The position numbers and the translations under genes were made by a program. 55,942 bases of DNA. It comes from Theionarchaea archaeon. Its GTDB lineage: Archaea > Methanobacteriota_B > Thermococci > Methanofastidiosales > SZ-28-30. The notes below the pieces were generated by a model. That model did not search any database, was not told where the DNA came from, and saw only the letters and a program-made list of their open reading frames with translations. Shown one piece after another: positions 7,784 through 17,939 of this stretch (position 1 is the first letter of the stretch; each line of letters starts with the position of its first letter). The stretch is from positions 1 through 55,942 of the forward strand of contig JACVGT010000038.1 in the NCBI GenBank assembly GCA_018992685.1, given 5' to 3'.

Positions 7784-8401
7784 CTAACCCACACCTGTAG
7801 GACATAGATCCAACAGAAAACACTCTTCACATCGTGGATTCCGGGGTCTGCACACCTCTTTTCCAAACGTAACCAGCAACTCATTAACCGCGATCCATTC
7901 CCTTTCCTCAAAAACCTCCATCAAAGCACTCTCAGTCTCTTCAGGAGTCTTCGTAGTAACCAGCCCAAGCCTGTTGGAAATCCTGTGTACATGCACATCA
8001 ACTGGAATGGCAGGAACCTGGAATCCATACACCAGAACACAGTTGGCAGTTTTCCTTCCCACACCCTCCAACTTCAGCAACTTCATAATATCCCGGGGAA
8101 CCTCACCACCATATTCCATGAGAATCTGCTGAGCCGCGTTCTGTATTCTCTGTGCTTTAACATGGTAAAACCCAGAGGGCCGAATCAACTTCTCAATCTC
8201 CTCTATTCGGGCTGAAGCCAGCTTCTCCGGGGTGTCAAACTTCCCGAAGAGCTGCTCGCTCGCTCTCGCTGTGTTCTCATCCCTGGTCCTCTGGGAGAGA
8301 ATGGTAGCTATCAGCACTTTGAAAGGATCTTTCCTTCTTCTCGTGAAGTGATAGTGTGCTTTCAACCTGGTCAAGATTTCATCGGATGAGGAAGCTCTCA
8401 T
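7784..8401 (-). CDS. nth: Endonuclease III
   Basis: LIATILSQ, HhH motif [17 protein letters not shown] and the C-x6-C-x2-C-x5-C Fe-S motif. Confidence 0.92.
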   Translation of the reverse strand: MRASSSDEILTRLKAHYHFTRRRKDPFKVLIATILSQRTRDENTARASEQLFGKFDTPEKLASARIEEIEKLIRPSGFYHVKAQRIQNAAQQILMEYGGEVPRDIMKLLKLEGVGRKTANCVLVYGFQVPAIPVDVHVHRISNRLGLVTTKTPEETESALMEVFEEREWIAVNELLVTFGKEVCRPRNPRCEECFLLDLCPTGVG

Positions 8402-8879
8402 AGTTTATGTCCAGATCAATGAACTCCTGAACTACTCTTTTTAAATCTGAGGACGTACTCTTTCCAAAGGCCATAACCTCAACATTCACTCCTTTGGCCT
8501 TCAAATGTTCCACCAGGGCTACAAAGTCACCATCACCTGAAACCAGTACCACGGTGTCCAGTTTGTCTGCCATCTTAATGGTATCAATGGCAATTCCCAT
8601 GTCCCAGTCTCCTCGTTTTGTACCGTCGTAGTACGTTCTCAATTCTTTGATCTTAACCTCATACCCGATATTCCGCAGCGCTTCAAAGAATCCCTCTTCT
8701 TCAGGTATATCGGCCTTTATCACGTAGATAATGGCTCTAATCAACTGTCTCTGATTGAGCCCAACTTCCAGAATCTTTCTGAAGTCCACTTTTGCTCCAT
8801 ACAGATTTTTTGCCGAATAGTAGAGATTTTGGGTATCTACAAATATTCCTACGCGCTGCCATCTGTAAATTTGTATCAT
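8379..8879 (-). CDS. NYN domain protein (LabA/DUF88)
   Basis: [27 protein letters not shown]. Confidence 0.9.
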   Translation of the reverse strand: MIQIYRWQRVGIFVDTQNLYYSAKNLYGAKVDFRKILEVGLNQRQLIRAIIYVIKADIPEEEGFFEALRNIGYEVKIKELRTYYDGTKRGDWDMGIAIDTIKMADKLDTVVLVSGDGDFVALVEHLKAKGVNVEVMAFGKSTSSDLKRVVQEFIDLDINYESFLIR

Positions 8880-8887
8880 AACATCAC

Positions 8888-9619
8888 CTAAACAATTCGT
8901 GCCGTTGAATAGTCGAATACGATAGTTCCATGGACCTGGTAGTTAATATACTCTTTGGCCGGGAACCGTTTCATCCCCTTGTGGATGATTGCCACCCTCT
9001 GGATCTGCCCCTCACGTTCGTGTACCTCTCGTAATTCTATCCGGGTGTTGACCTGAATCTGGTGATCATACACACTGGTAGATATGGTACTCACCCCGCT
9101 GGACATGAGAGCGTAGGTGAATTGGTTGACGTGATATCTGTCTATGACACCTTCTTCAATTCTGAAAGCTTCCAGATCGTCAATGGAATCTAGAAGGAAG
9201 AGGTCACATCCTGCCTTTTCTTTCAGGAGCATGATCGCGTCCAGAAGGTGAAATTGATTATATTCACTATCCAGGTAAAAGGATTTCACTGTTTTGATCA
9301 GGGACACTTTCCTGTAGTACTTGCGGTATCGTACATCAATGGGGAGTATAATCCCCAGAAGGTATCCCCCATATGGTCTTTTTCCTAGGTTCAACTGGAG
9401 AGTATCCAGGAATTGAGGAAAGGCCAGTTCATGCGATACGTAGCAGACCTTGTGACCCTCCTCGATGTAGCGGGCCGCCGTACTGGCCAGCAGGGTTGTC
9501 TTACCCAGTCCTGAAGCACCGAATACGATCCCTGAAGAACCCACGTCATATACTTTCTTGGAAAGAAGTTCTTCTATGTAATGGATTGGATGCTCTTGCT
9601 TGAATGTCAGCTCTTCCAT
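8888..9619 (-). CDS. Divergent RecA-superfamily (KaiC/RAD55-like) ATPase
   Basis: Walker A GASGLGKT, YVSHE, Walker B LFLLDS, C-terminal IHKG. Confidence 0.65.
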   Translation of the reverse strand: MEELTFKQEHPIHYIEELLSKKVYDVGSSGIVFGASGLGKTTLLASTAARYIEEGHKVCYVSHELAFPQFLDTLQLNLGKRPYGGYLLGIILPIDVRYRKYYRKVSLIKTVKSFYLDSEYNQFHLLDAIMLLKEKAGCDLFLLDSIDDLEAFRIEEGVIDRYHVNQFTYALMSSGVSTISTSVYDHQIQVNTRIELREVHEREGQIQRVAIIHKGMKRFPAKEYINYQVHGTIVFDYSTARIV

Positions 9620-9744
9620 CAGTGGTCACTTCTTCAAAGGTTTATAAAGGTTTCTTTTGAGGTTTGGGAAGGTCAGGAGAGGTGGTCCTTACAAGAGGTG
9701 GGGGAGGAGATGAAAATTTTTATTCATGAAAAGAAACGTGGGGC

Positions 9745-10392
9745 ATGGCCAGGAGTATGATCAGTGCAGTGATCCCTGCGCATAATGAGGGGAGTACTGT
9801 GGGTAACGTGGTACGGGAGACTCTGGAATACGTGGATGACGTGTGGGTGGTGGATGACGGGTCAGAGGATGATACCTACGAGAAAGCATCTCAAAACGGG
9901 GCACAGGTAGTAAGACAACATCACGGAGGGTATATTCAGGCAATAAGACAGGGAGTCACTGCGTGCCGAGGGGATATCATTGTGACACTGGATGCAGATG
10001 GCGAGCACGACCCCTCTGAGATTCCTCTGCTTGTGGGACCTATTACAGCGGGTGAGGCCGACCTGGTGCTGGGGAGCAGGAAGAGAATTCCCTCTTTTTC
10101 GGAGAGGATGATCGGGTGGCTTGTGAGGATGCAGGTTCCAGTAAGGGATCACGGAACAGGGTTCAGGGCAATGGATCGACACCTGGCTCTTGGCCTGGAT
10201 ATCCTGGGGAAGTGTCCGTGTGGTACTCTCGTTCTGGAAGCACATTCCAAGGGCGCACGAATTGTAGAAGTGCCAGTTACCGTGAGAACCAGTGAGAAAA
10301 AGAGGAGGCGGAAGTGGAATCACCTGTACCAGTTCTGGTATGTACTGTATCTCCTTCTTCTGGCGCGAAGAGTCACCAAGAAGAATGGATGA
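9745..10392 (+). CDS. GT2 glycosyltransferase (DPM1-like)
   Basis: VIPAHNE, VVDDGSED, TLDADGEH. Confidence 0.88.
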   Translation: MARSMISAVIPAHNEGSTVGNVVRETLEYVDDVWVVDDGSEDDTYEKASQNGAQVVRQHHGGYIQAIRQGVTACRGDIIVTLDADGEHDPSEIPLLVGPITAGEADLVLGSRKRIPSFSERMIGWLVRMQVPVRDHGTGFRAMDRHLALGLDILGKCPCGTLVLEAHSKGARIVEVPVTVRTSEKKRRRKWNHLYQFWYVLYLLLLARRVTKKNG

Positions 10393-10486
10393 AGGTGAAA
10401 CCTCACCGTACCACCTGGCACAATGAACTTTTTCTACAATTTTAGTCTCGTTACACAGTCCCAGTGGATGGGATACTTCACAGGTC

Positions 10487-11326
10487 TCATCCAGGCATGC
10501 TTTCCTCCCACAACAGGTCAAAATATTGCTTGAATCCTGCAGCCAGGCTATGGTTTTCTGAAAGGACTGCAAATCGCATAAAGACGGGGATAGCTTCTTC
10601 TTCCACCAGGAAGAGTACAGCACCCCTATCGTAATCAAGACTGGGATCAATAATGGTAAACCGAATAGGTAGTTTGTGTGGAGATATCCTCACGTGAGCA
10701 CCCATTCTCAAGAGCATATCCTTCATGCGGTTCTGGATTTTCAGGTCCTTTTCTGACAGGTATTTCCCATTCAAGAGTATTGCTTTCAGGAGGATATGCC
10801 CCAACTTGGGTTCCAAGCTCTCCCTGACCTTGGGAAGGTATTCAAATGCTCTGGAAACCACATTAATTTCCTTTTCTGCCTTTGTATACAGGTTTCGCGT
10901 TTCTATTTCCGAGGCTGTCCCTACCGTAATGATTTCTAAGAATTCTTCCTCTGCTTCTGTTTCTACCCGCTTCTCATACAGGGATTTCAGTACAGAGAGG
11001 CGAGAATCTGCAATATCAGCGATTGCTCTCACATCTTTTTCAAACTGTATTTTCTTTGCAATTCTGAGGTTTTCCAGTCCAATTTCAGGTTCTATGGGCT
11101 CGAACTGAAGGGGCCGAGTTCCTGTCTGCTTGATCAATCGTAGGGAGCACAGCTCTTCCAGGACGGAATAGATCTTGGCCCGGGGGACACTGGACGCCTT
11201 GGCGAGTTCTGCTACTTTGCTCTTTCCCAGAGCATACATGTGGGCCAGCACTGCTGACTGATACTTTCCCAGCCCCAGCTCTCTGAGCGTTTCCTGAACC
11301 CGGGCTATTTCTCCCTTTGAGATCAT
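10487..11326 (-). CDS. TrmB-family transcription regulator
   Basis: LGLGKYQ..ELAKASSVPRAKIYSVLEEL wHTH, coiled coil, and a PLD-like effector domain. Confidence 0.88.
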   Translation of the reverse strand: MISKGEIARVQETLRELGLGKYQSAVLAHMYALGKSKVAELAKASSVPRAKIYSVLEELCSLRLIKQTGTRPLQFEPIEPEIGLENLRIAKKIQFEKDVRAIADIADSRLSVLKSLYEKRVETEAEEEFLEIITVGTASEIETRNLYTKAEKEINVVSRAFEYLPKVRESLEPKLGHILLKAILLNGKYLSEKDLKIQNRMKDMLLRMGAHVRISPHKLPIRFTIIDPSLDYDRGAVLFLVEEEAIPVFMRFAVLSENHSLAAGFKQYFDLLWEESMPG

Positions 11327-11508
11327 TGATTCTCCTGCGTGGGCGAGCTAAAAAAGGTTTGGTCACCCTGTTGCCATTTAAGCAACCTCCGTGAGACGGA
11401 GGGATTTGGTGCCCCATTCTGCCATTTGAAAATATCGCAAGGCCTTGAAGCATAACATTTAAAACGGTAACATATTATATGACGGTATAACATAGTCTAG
11501 GTGGAAGA

Positions 11509-12171
11509 ATGAAGATTCATCATTTCACGGAGGTCACCTCCACCAACGAGGTGGCCAGACAGTATCTGGAAGAGGGAACAGTCATTGTCGCAGATACCCA
11601 GACCAGAGGCAGGGGTCGCCAGGCCAGAGAGTGGCACTCCCCTGAAGGAGGATTGTGGTGTTCTCTGGTGGTGAAACACGAGCCCGCCCCAGTCCTGAAC
11701 CTTGCTGCTGCTCTTGCTATTTCCAAGGTATTTGAGCATTTTGGGCTGCAAACAAAGTTGAAATGGCCCAATGATGTTCATGTTGACCAGCGCAAAATCT
11801 GCGGTATACTCTCTGAGACAGAAGGCGACTACATCATTGTGGGCGTGGGCGTGAACCTGAACAACAGGGAATTCCCTGAAGATATCCCAGGTACTTCCTA
11901 CTTTGCGGAAACAGGGAATACCATTGACAAGATGGAATTCCTGAAAGAATTCGTTGAAACATTTCATACCATTATTCAGGATGAGTTCCTCAGTGAATAC
12001 AGAAAGTATTCCTCCACCATTGGCAGCACCGTCATGGTGAAGAATGGGAGAGAAATCACGGGGACTGCAGTAGACGTAGATGAGAAGGGAAGATTGATAC
12101 TCAGATTGAGAAATGGAAAAGAAATGAAAATATATTCTGGAGAAATACTACGGCTCCACCAGCTCCAGTAG
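11509..12171 (+). CDS. birA: Biotin-[acetyl-CoA carboxylase] ligase
   Basis: [31 protein letters not shown]. Confidence 0.93.
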   Translation: MKIHHFTEVTSTNEVARQYLEEGTVIVADTQTRGRGRQAREWHSPEGGLWCSLVVKHEPAPVLNLAAALAISKVFEHFGLQTKLKWPNDVHVDQRKICGILSETEGDYIIVGVGVNLNNREFPEDIPGTSYFAETGNTIDKMEFLKEFVETFHTIIQDEFLSEYRKYSSTIGSTVMVKNGREITGTAVDVDEKGRLILRLRNGKEMKIYSGEILRLHQLQ

Positions 12172-12531
12172 AATCCCCCCTGTGCTCTTGGGGTGAACGA
12201 AGGCGATTTTCCCCTCAGCTCCCTGACGCGGAGTTTCATCGATGAGGGCAATGCCTGCTGCCTTCATGGCCTTCAGAACACTCTCGATGTCTTCCACTTC
12301 AATGGCCAAATGATGGATCCCTTCCCCTCTTTTTTCCAGGAATGAGGACACAGAGCCTTCTTCAGTGGGCTCCAGCAATTCAATCTTACTTTCTCCTATT
12401 GGTATGAAGGCAATCTTCACCTTCTGGTCGGGGATTTCTTTTATATCTTCTGTCTTTAAATTGAAGAATTGGTTCCAGAACTGTGCTCTATCTAGTGTTT
12501 TGACAGCAATTCCAATATGATGTAGGTTCAT
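12148..12531 (-). CDS. mce: Methylmalonyl-CoA epimerase
   Basis: [36 protein letters not shown]. Adjacent to the mutase. Confidence 0.92.
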   Translation of the reverse strand: MNLHHIGIAVKTLDRAQFWNQFFNLKTEDIKEIPDQKVKIAFIPIGESKIELLEPTEEGSVSSFLEKRGEGIHHLAIEVEDIESVLKAMKAAGIALIDETPRQGAEGKIAFVHPKSTGGILLELVEP

Positions 12532-12543
12532 GGTAATTACCTC

Positions 12544-14181
12544 CTAGAATACGACAGGTGCTTTATACTCACCAAAGACCTCCCTTAGAACGCCACAGAT
12601 CTCGCCGATTGAGGCATAGTGTCTGGTGGCCTCGACTATGGGAGGAATCAGATTCTGATCTCCATGTGCAATAGATTCCAGAGCATCCAGCGCGTTCTTC
12701 ACCTCTCCTGAATTTCTACTCTTCCTCGTTTCAGTGAGACGCTCTATCTGTCTTTTCCCCACTTCAGGGTCCACCTTTAAGATGTCAATGGTCACAGGTT
12801 CATCTATGGCGAAATCGTTGAGTCCCACAACGGTCCGTTCCTTGGATTCAACCTCTTTCTGATACCGGTATGAGCTCTCCTGGATTTCTCTTTGTATGTA
12901 TCCTGTTTCAATGGCCTTGAGCACTCCTCCCATGGAATCAATCTTCTTGATGTAGTCTCGGGCCTGTTCTTCGATTTCGAATGTCATGGTTTCAATAAAG
13001 TAGCTCCCTGCCAGAGGATCAATGGTATTGGTGACTCCGGATTCATGGGCGAGAATTTGCTGGGTTCTCAGAGCTATTCGTACTGCCTTCTCCGACGGAA
13101 GGGCCAGGGCTTCATCCATGGAATTCGTGTGGAGTGACTGGGTTCCACCCAGAACAGCAGCCAGAGCTTCCAGTGTGGTCCTCACAATGTTATTTTCTGG
13201 TTGCTGGGCAGTGAGAGAACATCCTGCAGTCTGTGTATGGAACCGCAGCATCATGGACCTCGGATCTGCTGCGTGAAATCGCTCTTTCATGATGGTTGCC
13301 CATAACCGCCTGGCTGCTCTGAACTTGGCGATTTCTTCAAACAGGTCGATGTGAGCATTAAAGAAGAAGGACAACCGGGGCGCAAATGTATCCACATCCA
13401 GTCCTTTGGAGAGAGCAGCTTCCACATAGGCTATGGCATTGGCGAGCGTGAAAGCTACTTCCTGTGCTGCTGTGGAGCCTGCTTCCCTGATATGATAGCC
13501 TGAAATGGAAATCGTATTGAACCGAGGGACATGGTGTGAACAGTATTCAAAAATATCAGTTATTATGCGCATGGATGGACCTGGAGGAAAGATATAGGTC
13601 CCTCTGGCAATATATTCCTTAAGGATGTCATTCTGGATTGTCCCAGATATCTGATCCACGGGAACATTCTGTTTCTCTGCAAGCACAATGTACATGGCCA
13701 ATAGAATAGCAGCAGGCGAGTTGATGGTCATGGAGGTAGAGACTTTGTTTAGGGGGATTTGGTCGAACAGGATTTCAACGTCTCTTAGGGTGTCAATGGC
13801 CACCCCTGTCTTTCCGATTTCCCCTTCTGCAAAAGAGTCATCAGAATCGTATCCAATTTGAGTGGGCAGATCAAAAGCCACACTCAGCCCCGTCTGCCCC
13901 TGCGACAGCAAGTACCGGTACCGCCTGTTGGATTCTTCTGCTGCGGCGAAGCCTGCATACTGGCGCATGGTCCACAGTCTCCCCCTGTACATGGTGGGAT
14001 AAACCCCCCTGGTGAAGGGATATTCTCCTGGAAATCCCAGGTCTTCAGAGTAATCAATCTCAACATCTGCAGGTGTATACATTCTGGAGAGAGAGATACC
14101 GGAGATGGTGGCAAACGACTTCTGACGTTCTTTCAATTCTTGAGCTTCCCATTTCTGTTTCAATTCCTTGATTGATGTCAT
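12544..14181 (-). CDS. Methylmalonyl-CoA mutase, substrate-binding large subunit
   Basis: [37 protein letters not shown]. No B12-binding domain. Start placed at MTSIKE. Confidence 0.93.
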   Translation of the reverse strand: MTSIKELKQKWEAQELKERQKSFATISGISLSRMYTPADVEIDYSEDLGFPGEYPFTRGVYPTMYRGRLWTMRQYAGFAAAEESNRRYRYLLSQGQTGLSVAFDLPTQIGYDSDDSFAEGEIGKTGVAIDTLRDVEILFDQIPLNKVSTSMTINSPAAILLAMYIVLAEKQNVPVDQISGTIQNDILKEYIARGTYIFPPGPSMRIITDIFEYCSHHVPRFNTISISGYHIREAGSTAAQEVAFTLANAIAYVEAALSKGLDVDTFAPRLSFFFNAHIDLFEEIAKFRAARRLWATIMKERFHAADPRSMMLRFHTQTAGCSLTAQQPENNIVRTTLEALAAVLGGTQSLHTNSMDEALALPSEKAVRIALRTQQILAHESGVTNTIDPLAGSYFIETMTFEIEEQARDYIKKIDSMGGVLKAIETGYIQREIQESSYRYQKEVESKERTVVGLNDFAIDEPVTIDILKVDPEVGKRQIERLTETRKSRNSGEVKNALDALESIAHGDQNLIPPIVEATRHYASIGEICGVLREVFGEYKAPVVF

Positions 14182-14354
14182 CGGTACCACTACGTATTTT
14201 CTGGGAGTGATTATTTTAAAGGTTTCGACAGGCAGGACAGGCAGGTGTTCCAATGGAAGCTGTCAAGACACAGCCATCAAATGAAACAGGCCACAGCCAG
14301 AAGAAATCACAAGAGCTCACATGCCCCTGGCTGGTTCTCTTCTGCATTCAAGGT

Positions 14355-15323
14355 TCATTCCCATGGTTCTTTCTCTGAAATCTTCCACCCATACTGCTCG
14401 GTTAAAATCAGAATTGCAGCCTGGGGAGGAATAATTCCCATTTCTGTTACGATGACGTCAATGTACTCAGGTGGGGTAATGTCAAAGGCAGGATTTCTGA
14501 TATTGATCTGTGAAAACTCCTTCGTATCGTGGATGACTTCTCTGGGAGATCTTTCTTCGATCTCAATGAGTTCCCCCCCCATCGTCCCGGGATGAAACTT
14601 GTAGGTTTCTGCTGCTACCATTGTCCTGACCCTGGCCTCACGGGCCACCAGTGCAATCTCGCTGGTACCGATCTTGTTTACTACTGCTCCATTGGCAGCT
14701 ATTGCATCTGCTCCAATTATCACATGGTTGAATTCTTCCATGAAATATCGGGCAGCACAATCCACTATGATGGTGGTGGAAACCCCCACATCTCTTAGCT
14801 TCTTTGCCATGATCAGTCCCTGCAGACGGGGCCTGGTTTCAGTGCAGTAGACCTCAAAGTGTTTTCCCTGGTTGTGCGCAGTGGTCAACACAGATAGCAC
14901 ATTTGAAGAGTGGCAATGCGTCATGATGAGATCTCCGTCTCGCAGCCGATTTGCCCCTATCTCGCCGATCTTCTTGGTGGCTTCCTCTGAAAATTCAATA
15001 AATTCCTGAGAAGATCGTATTGCCAATTCTTTCAGTTCAGGTAACTCCTTCCCTTCTTTCATTTGGGAGGTTAATCTCTTGTAGAGGAATCGGACTGCAT
15101 TGGGAGCTGAAACAGCTGTAGGCCTGGCGGTGGCAAGAGTTCTAGCCGCTTCTTTCAGGTGTTCCATGAAGGAATCAGTGGATGTGGCTGCCGAGGTTTC
15201 AGCTTCGATCTTGATTCCCTGTGCCACTGCTCTGGCAATTGGACCAGCTCCGCGTATTTCCATTCTCCTGATCCTTTCTGCAATGTTTCTTACTTCTGGG
15301 TTCATCATCCTTAACAAAGACAT
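14355..15323 (-). CDS. Ribose-1,5-bisphosphate isomerase (eIF-2B family)
   Basis: MEIRGAG, ARPTAVS, MTHCHS, ETRPRLQG, NKIGT, NPAFDITP. Confidence 0.88.
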   Translation of the reverse strand: MSLLRMMNPEVRNIAERIRRMEIRGAGPIARAVAQGIKIEAETSAATSTDSFMEHLKEAARTLATARPTAVSAPNAVRFLYKRLTSQMKEGKELPELKELAIRSSQEFIEFSEEATKKIGEIGANRLRDGDLIMTHCHSSNVLSVLTTAHNQGKHFEVYCTETRPRLQGLIMAKKLRDVGVSTTIIVDCAARYFMEEFNHVIIGADAIAANGAVVNKIGTSEIALVAREARVRTMVAAETYKFHPGTMGGELIEIEERSPREVIHDTKEFSQINIRNPAFDITPPEYIDVIVTEMGIIPPQAAILILTEQYGWKISEKEPWE

Positions 15324-15606
15324 CAACCTATAAAGAATGTGCGGTGAAAACGTTTCAAAGAACTACCTAGGTAGCATGGCTTCGGTTATGACATCTCCGC
15401 AGCAGTGTCATCTGTCCTGCAGGAGGTCTCCCGCGAGAATACTCGACTTTTTTTTACCTGTTCATCAATTCTCAAATCTTTCATCAATGACGGAGCAAAA
15501 AGAACCTACCCAGACGACTTGTTGTTATGCGCGAAACACACGGTTATAAACTCTAATCCCTAAATAAGAGGAGAAGGGAACGTGGTCGGTCTATTGGAGG
15601 TGAAAA

Positions 15607-15708
15607 ATGAGAGAACAGTACACAGAGGTTGATGGTATGGCAGCAAGAATTGGAAACGCCCAGAACCAGAATTCTACGCGGGCCACCCTCCTCAAGAGGA
15701 AGATCTAA
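15607..15708 (+). CDS. 33-aa upstream ORF
   Basis: GGAGGTGA RBS and MREQYTEVDGMAARIGNAQNQNSTRATLLKRKI. Ends 2 nt before the V4R gene. Confidence 0.35.
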   Translation: MREQYTEVDGMAARIGNAQNQNSTRATLLKRKI

Positions 15709-15710
15709 TC

Positions 15711-16349
15711 ATGTCAGCGAAGAAGAAGGTTGACAACACATTAATGAGAATCTATCTTGATACCATCAAAAGTATTTTGGGGTCTCAAGGGCTGAATTCC
15801 ATATTGAACTACAGTCACTTGGAGAAATACATCAGCAATTTCCCTCCTGATAACGATGAATTGGAAATTCCAAGGGAGGACGTCAGAAAGCTGCACCAGT
15901 CTCTTATCGATCTCTTTGGCGAGAAGGGTGCACGAGGGATTCTGCTTGGGATTGGGCGTGAAATGACATTTACTTTTCTGGAAAAGCGCCCCGCTGTGGT
16001 AAAATCAATGAAACTCGCAATCAAGCTTCTTCCAGAGAAAAAACAGATGCGAATCTCCCTGGAACGCTTTGTGGAGGAGTCTGATAGGAGAATGCCTTCG
16101 TTGGAAAGCTCCTCACATTTTGAACTGATAGAAGAGAAGGAGTATTTCTTTCTTATAGATAAGGACAGCTACACCAGCGAGGGCATCGTTTCAGAGCATC
16201 CTGTCTGTCACGTCTACATTGGCAGCCTCGAGACATCTCTGGAATGGATTACTGGACATTCTCATAAAGTGGAGGAGATTCAGTGTAGGGCAAAAGGAGA
16301 CGCTGCTGATGTATTCAGGATATGGAAAAAGAAATCCGCCAGCGAGTAG
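15711..16349 (+). CDS. V4R (4-vinyl reductase) domain protein
   Basis: GARGILLGIGR, HPVCHVYIG, VEEIQCRAKG. Confidence 0.8.
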   Translation: MSAKKKVDNTLMRIYLDTIKSILGSQGLNSILNYSHLEKYISNFPPDNDELEIPREDVRKLHQSLIDLFGEKGARGILLGIGREMTFTFLEKRPAVVKSMKLAIKLLPEKKQMRISLERFVEESDRRMPSLESSSHFELIEEKEYFFLIDKDSYTSEGIVSEHPVCHVYIGSLETSLEWITGHSHKVEEIQCRAKGDAADVFRIWKKKSASE

Positions 16350-16541
16350 AGAGCCTATTCGAGCCACGATCTTCGAGTCTAAATCCTTTGGAATACGAGC
16401 AAGTGATGGAGAAGGACATTCAGCCACAGGTATCCTTTTATACAATGACTCCAAGAAGAATGTGTTGTAAATGAAATGACACTGGAAGACCTACTGTACC
16501 AAAGGAAGTCTGTTCTTCCAATCCTATAGAAGGTGAGTTGA

Positions 16542-17888
16542 ATGTTAGATTTTGCCTTAACGCCAGAACAGCTCGACCTTCAAAAGAAGGCTCGCACCTT
16601 TGCACGGGAAGAGGTTCTTCCTGTTGTGGCGTATTTCGACCATGTGGATGAAATGCCTTACTTTCTTCTGAAAAAAGCATTTGAAGCAGGACTGATGAAT
16701 CTGGGCATTCCCAAGGAGTATGGTGGAGAAGGGCGGGGTCTCATTGACCATGCAGTGGTGGTGGAAGAGATTGCTGCTGCATGCGTTGGGGTGGCTACCT
16801 CCATTTTCGACAACTCACTGGGCACTGAGCCTGTAATTCTTTCAGATAACCAGTACCTGAAGGAGACATATCTTCCTGAGATTGTCAGCAATTTCAGACT
16901 CATCAGTTTCGCCACGTCAGAACCTGTCATGGGGTCTGATGTCGCCGGTATCCACTGCAGAGCAGAACAGGATGGTGATGACTGGATTCTCACAGGTACT
17001 AAGTACTGGATTACCAACGGGGGACACGCTGATTACTTCTCCATATTTGCAACTTCAGACCCTGGGAGCCGCCACGCAGGGATCTGTGCCTTCCTGGTGG
17101 AGAGAGACTGGGAAGGTGTTGAAACGGGAAACCCCATTCCTAAACTGGGACTCAAGACGTCGAACACAGCCCGTGTGGAACTTGATCATGTACGCATTCC
17201 CAAAGAGAACGTTATAGCGGAGCCAGGAGCAGGGTTTATCCTGGCAATGCAAACCTTTTCACGAACTCGTCCAATTATTGGAGCTTTTGCCACCGGAGCT
17301 GCACGTTCTGCTCTGGAATTTGCCCTGGATTACGCCAAGAAACGTCGGGCATTTGGTGATGAAATTGGAAATTTTCAGGCAATTCAAATAAAGATAGCTG
17401 AAATGTATCAGAAAGTGGAGACAGCCCGCTTGCTGACCTGGAAAGCAGCCTGGGAAGCAGATCAGGGAAGAGATCCTACCATTGCCGCCTCCATATCCAA
17501 ATTTTATGGATCAGAGGCAGCTTTTGAAGTGGTGGATGACGCCATTCAAATTCTGGGAGGATATGGATATACAACGTTTTACCCCCTGGAAAAGATCTAT
17601 CGGGACATCCGCGTGCTGAAAATCTACGAAGGAACCAGTGAAATACAGAGAATACTGCTATCACGGCTAATAAAGAATCAATACAGACCTGTCATGCCTG
17701 CTCTGGAGGATCTTCCCAGACTCTGGGGTGACAAGGTGGAAAAGGATGTCACGGAGGGATTACGGGGGAAAAAGGCGTTCCGCTGCAGAATCTGTGGATA
17801 TATTCACTATGGCCCAGAACCTCCCGAGAAGTGTCCCTATTGTGGATTCCCAAAAAGTGCATTCAATCAGGTCTGGCCGGCCAAGTGA
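16542..17888 (+). CDS. Acyl-CoA dehydrogenase with C-terminal rubredoxin-like domain
   Basis: SEPVMGSD, GTKYWITNG, GGYGY, IYEGTSEIQR, and C-terminal CRICGY..CPYCG. Confidence 0.92.
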   Translation: MLDFALTPEQLDLQKKARTFAREEVLPVVAYFDHVDEMPYFLLKKAFEAGLMNLGIPKEYGGEGRGLIDHAVVVEEIAAACVGVATSIFDNSLGTEPVILSDNQYLKETYLPEIVSNFRLISFATSEPVMGSDVAGIHCRAEQDGDDWILTGTKYWITNGGHADYFSIFATSDPGSRHAGICAFLVERDWEGVETGNPIPKLGLKTSNTARVELDHVRIPKENVIAEPGAGFILAMQTFSRTRPIIGAFATGAARSALEFALDYAKKRRAFGDEIGNFQAIQIKIAEMYQKVETARLLTWKAAWEADQGRDPTIAASISKFYGSEAAFEVVDDAIQILGGYGYTTFYPLEKIYRDIRVLKIYEGTSEIQRILLSRLIKNQYRPVMPALEDLPRLWGDKVEKDVTEGLRGKKAFRCRICGYIHYGPEPPEKCPYCGFPKSAFNQVWPAK

Positions 17889-17939
17889 GCTCCCACATTT
17901 CATTCAATAGCAGAAGAAAATCCATCTATATCCTTACTT

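Noticed and set aside
11382-11457. SAM-I riboswitch resemblance (GCAACC...GGTGC)
   Set aside because: The conserved 5' half (AUC.AGAG, kink-turn P2, pseudoknot) is not recognisable.
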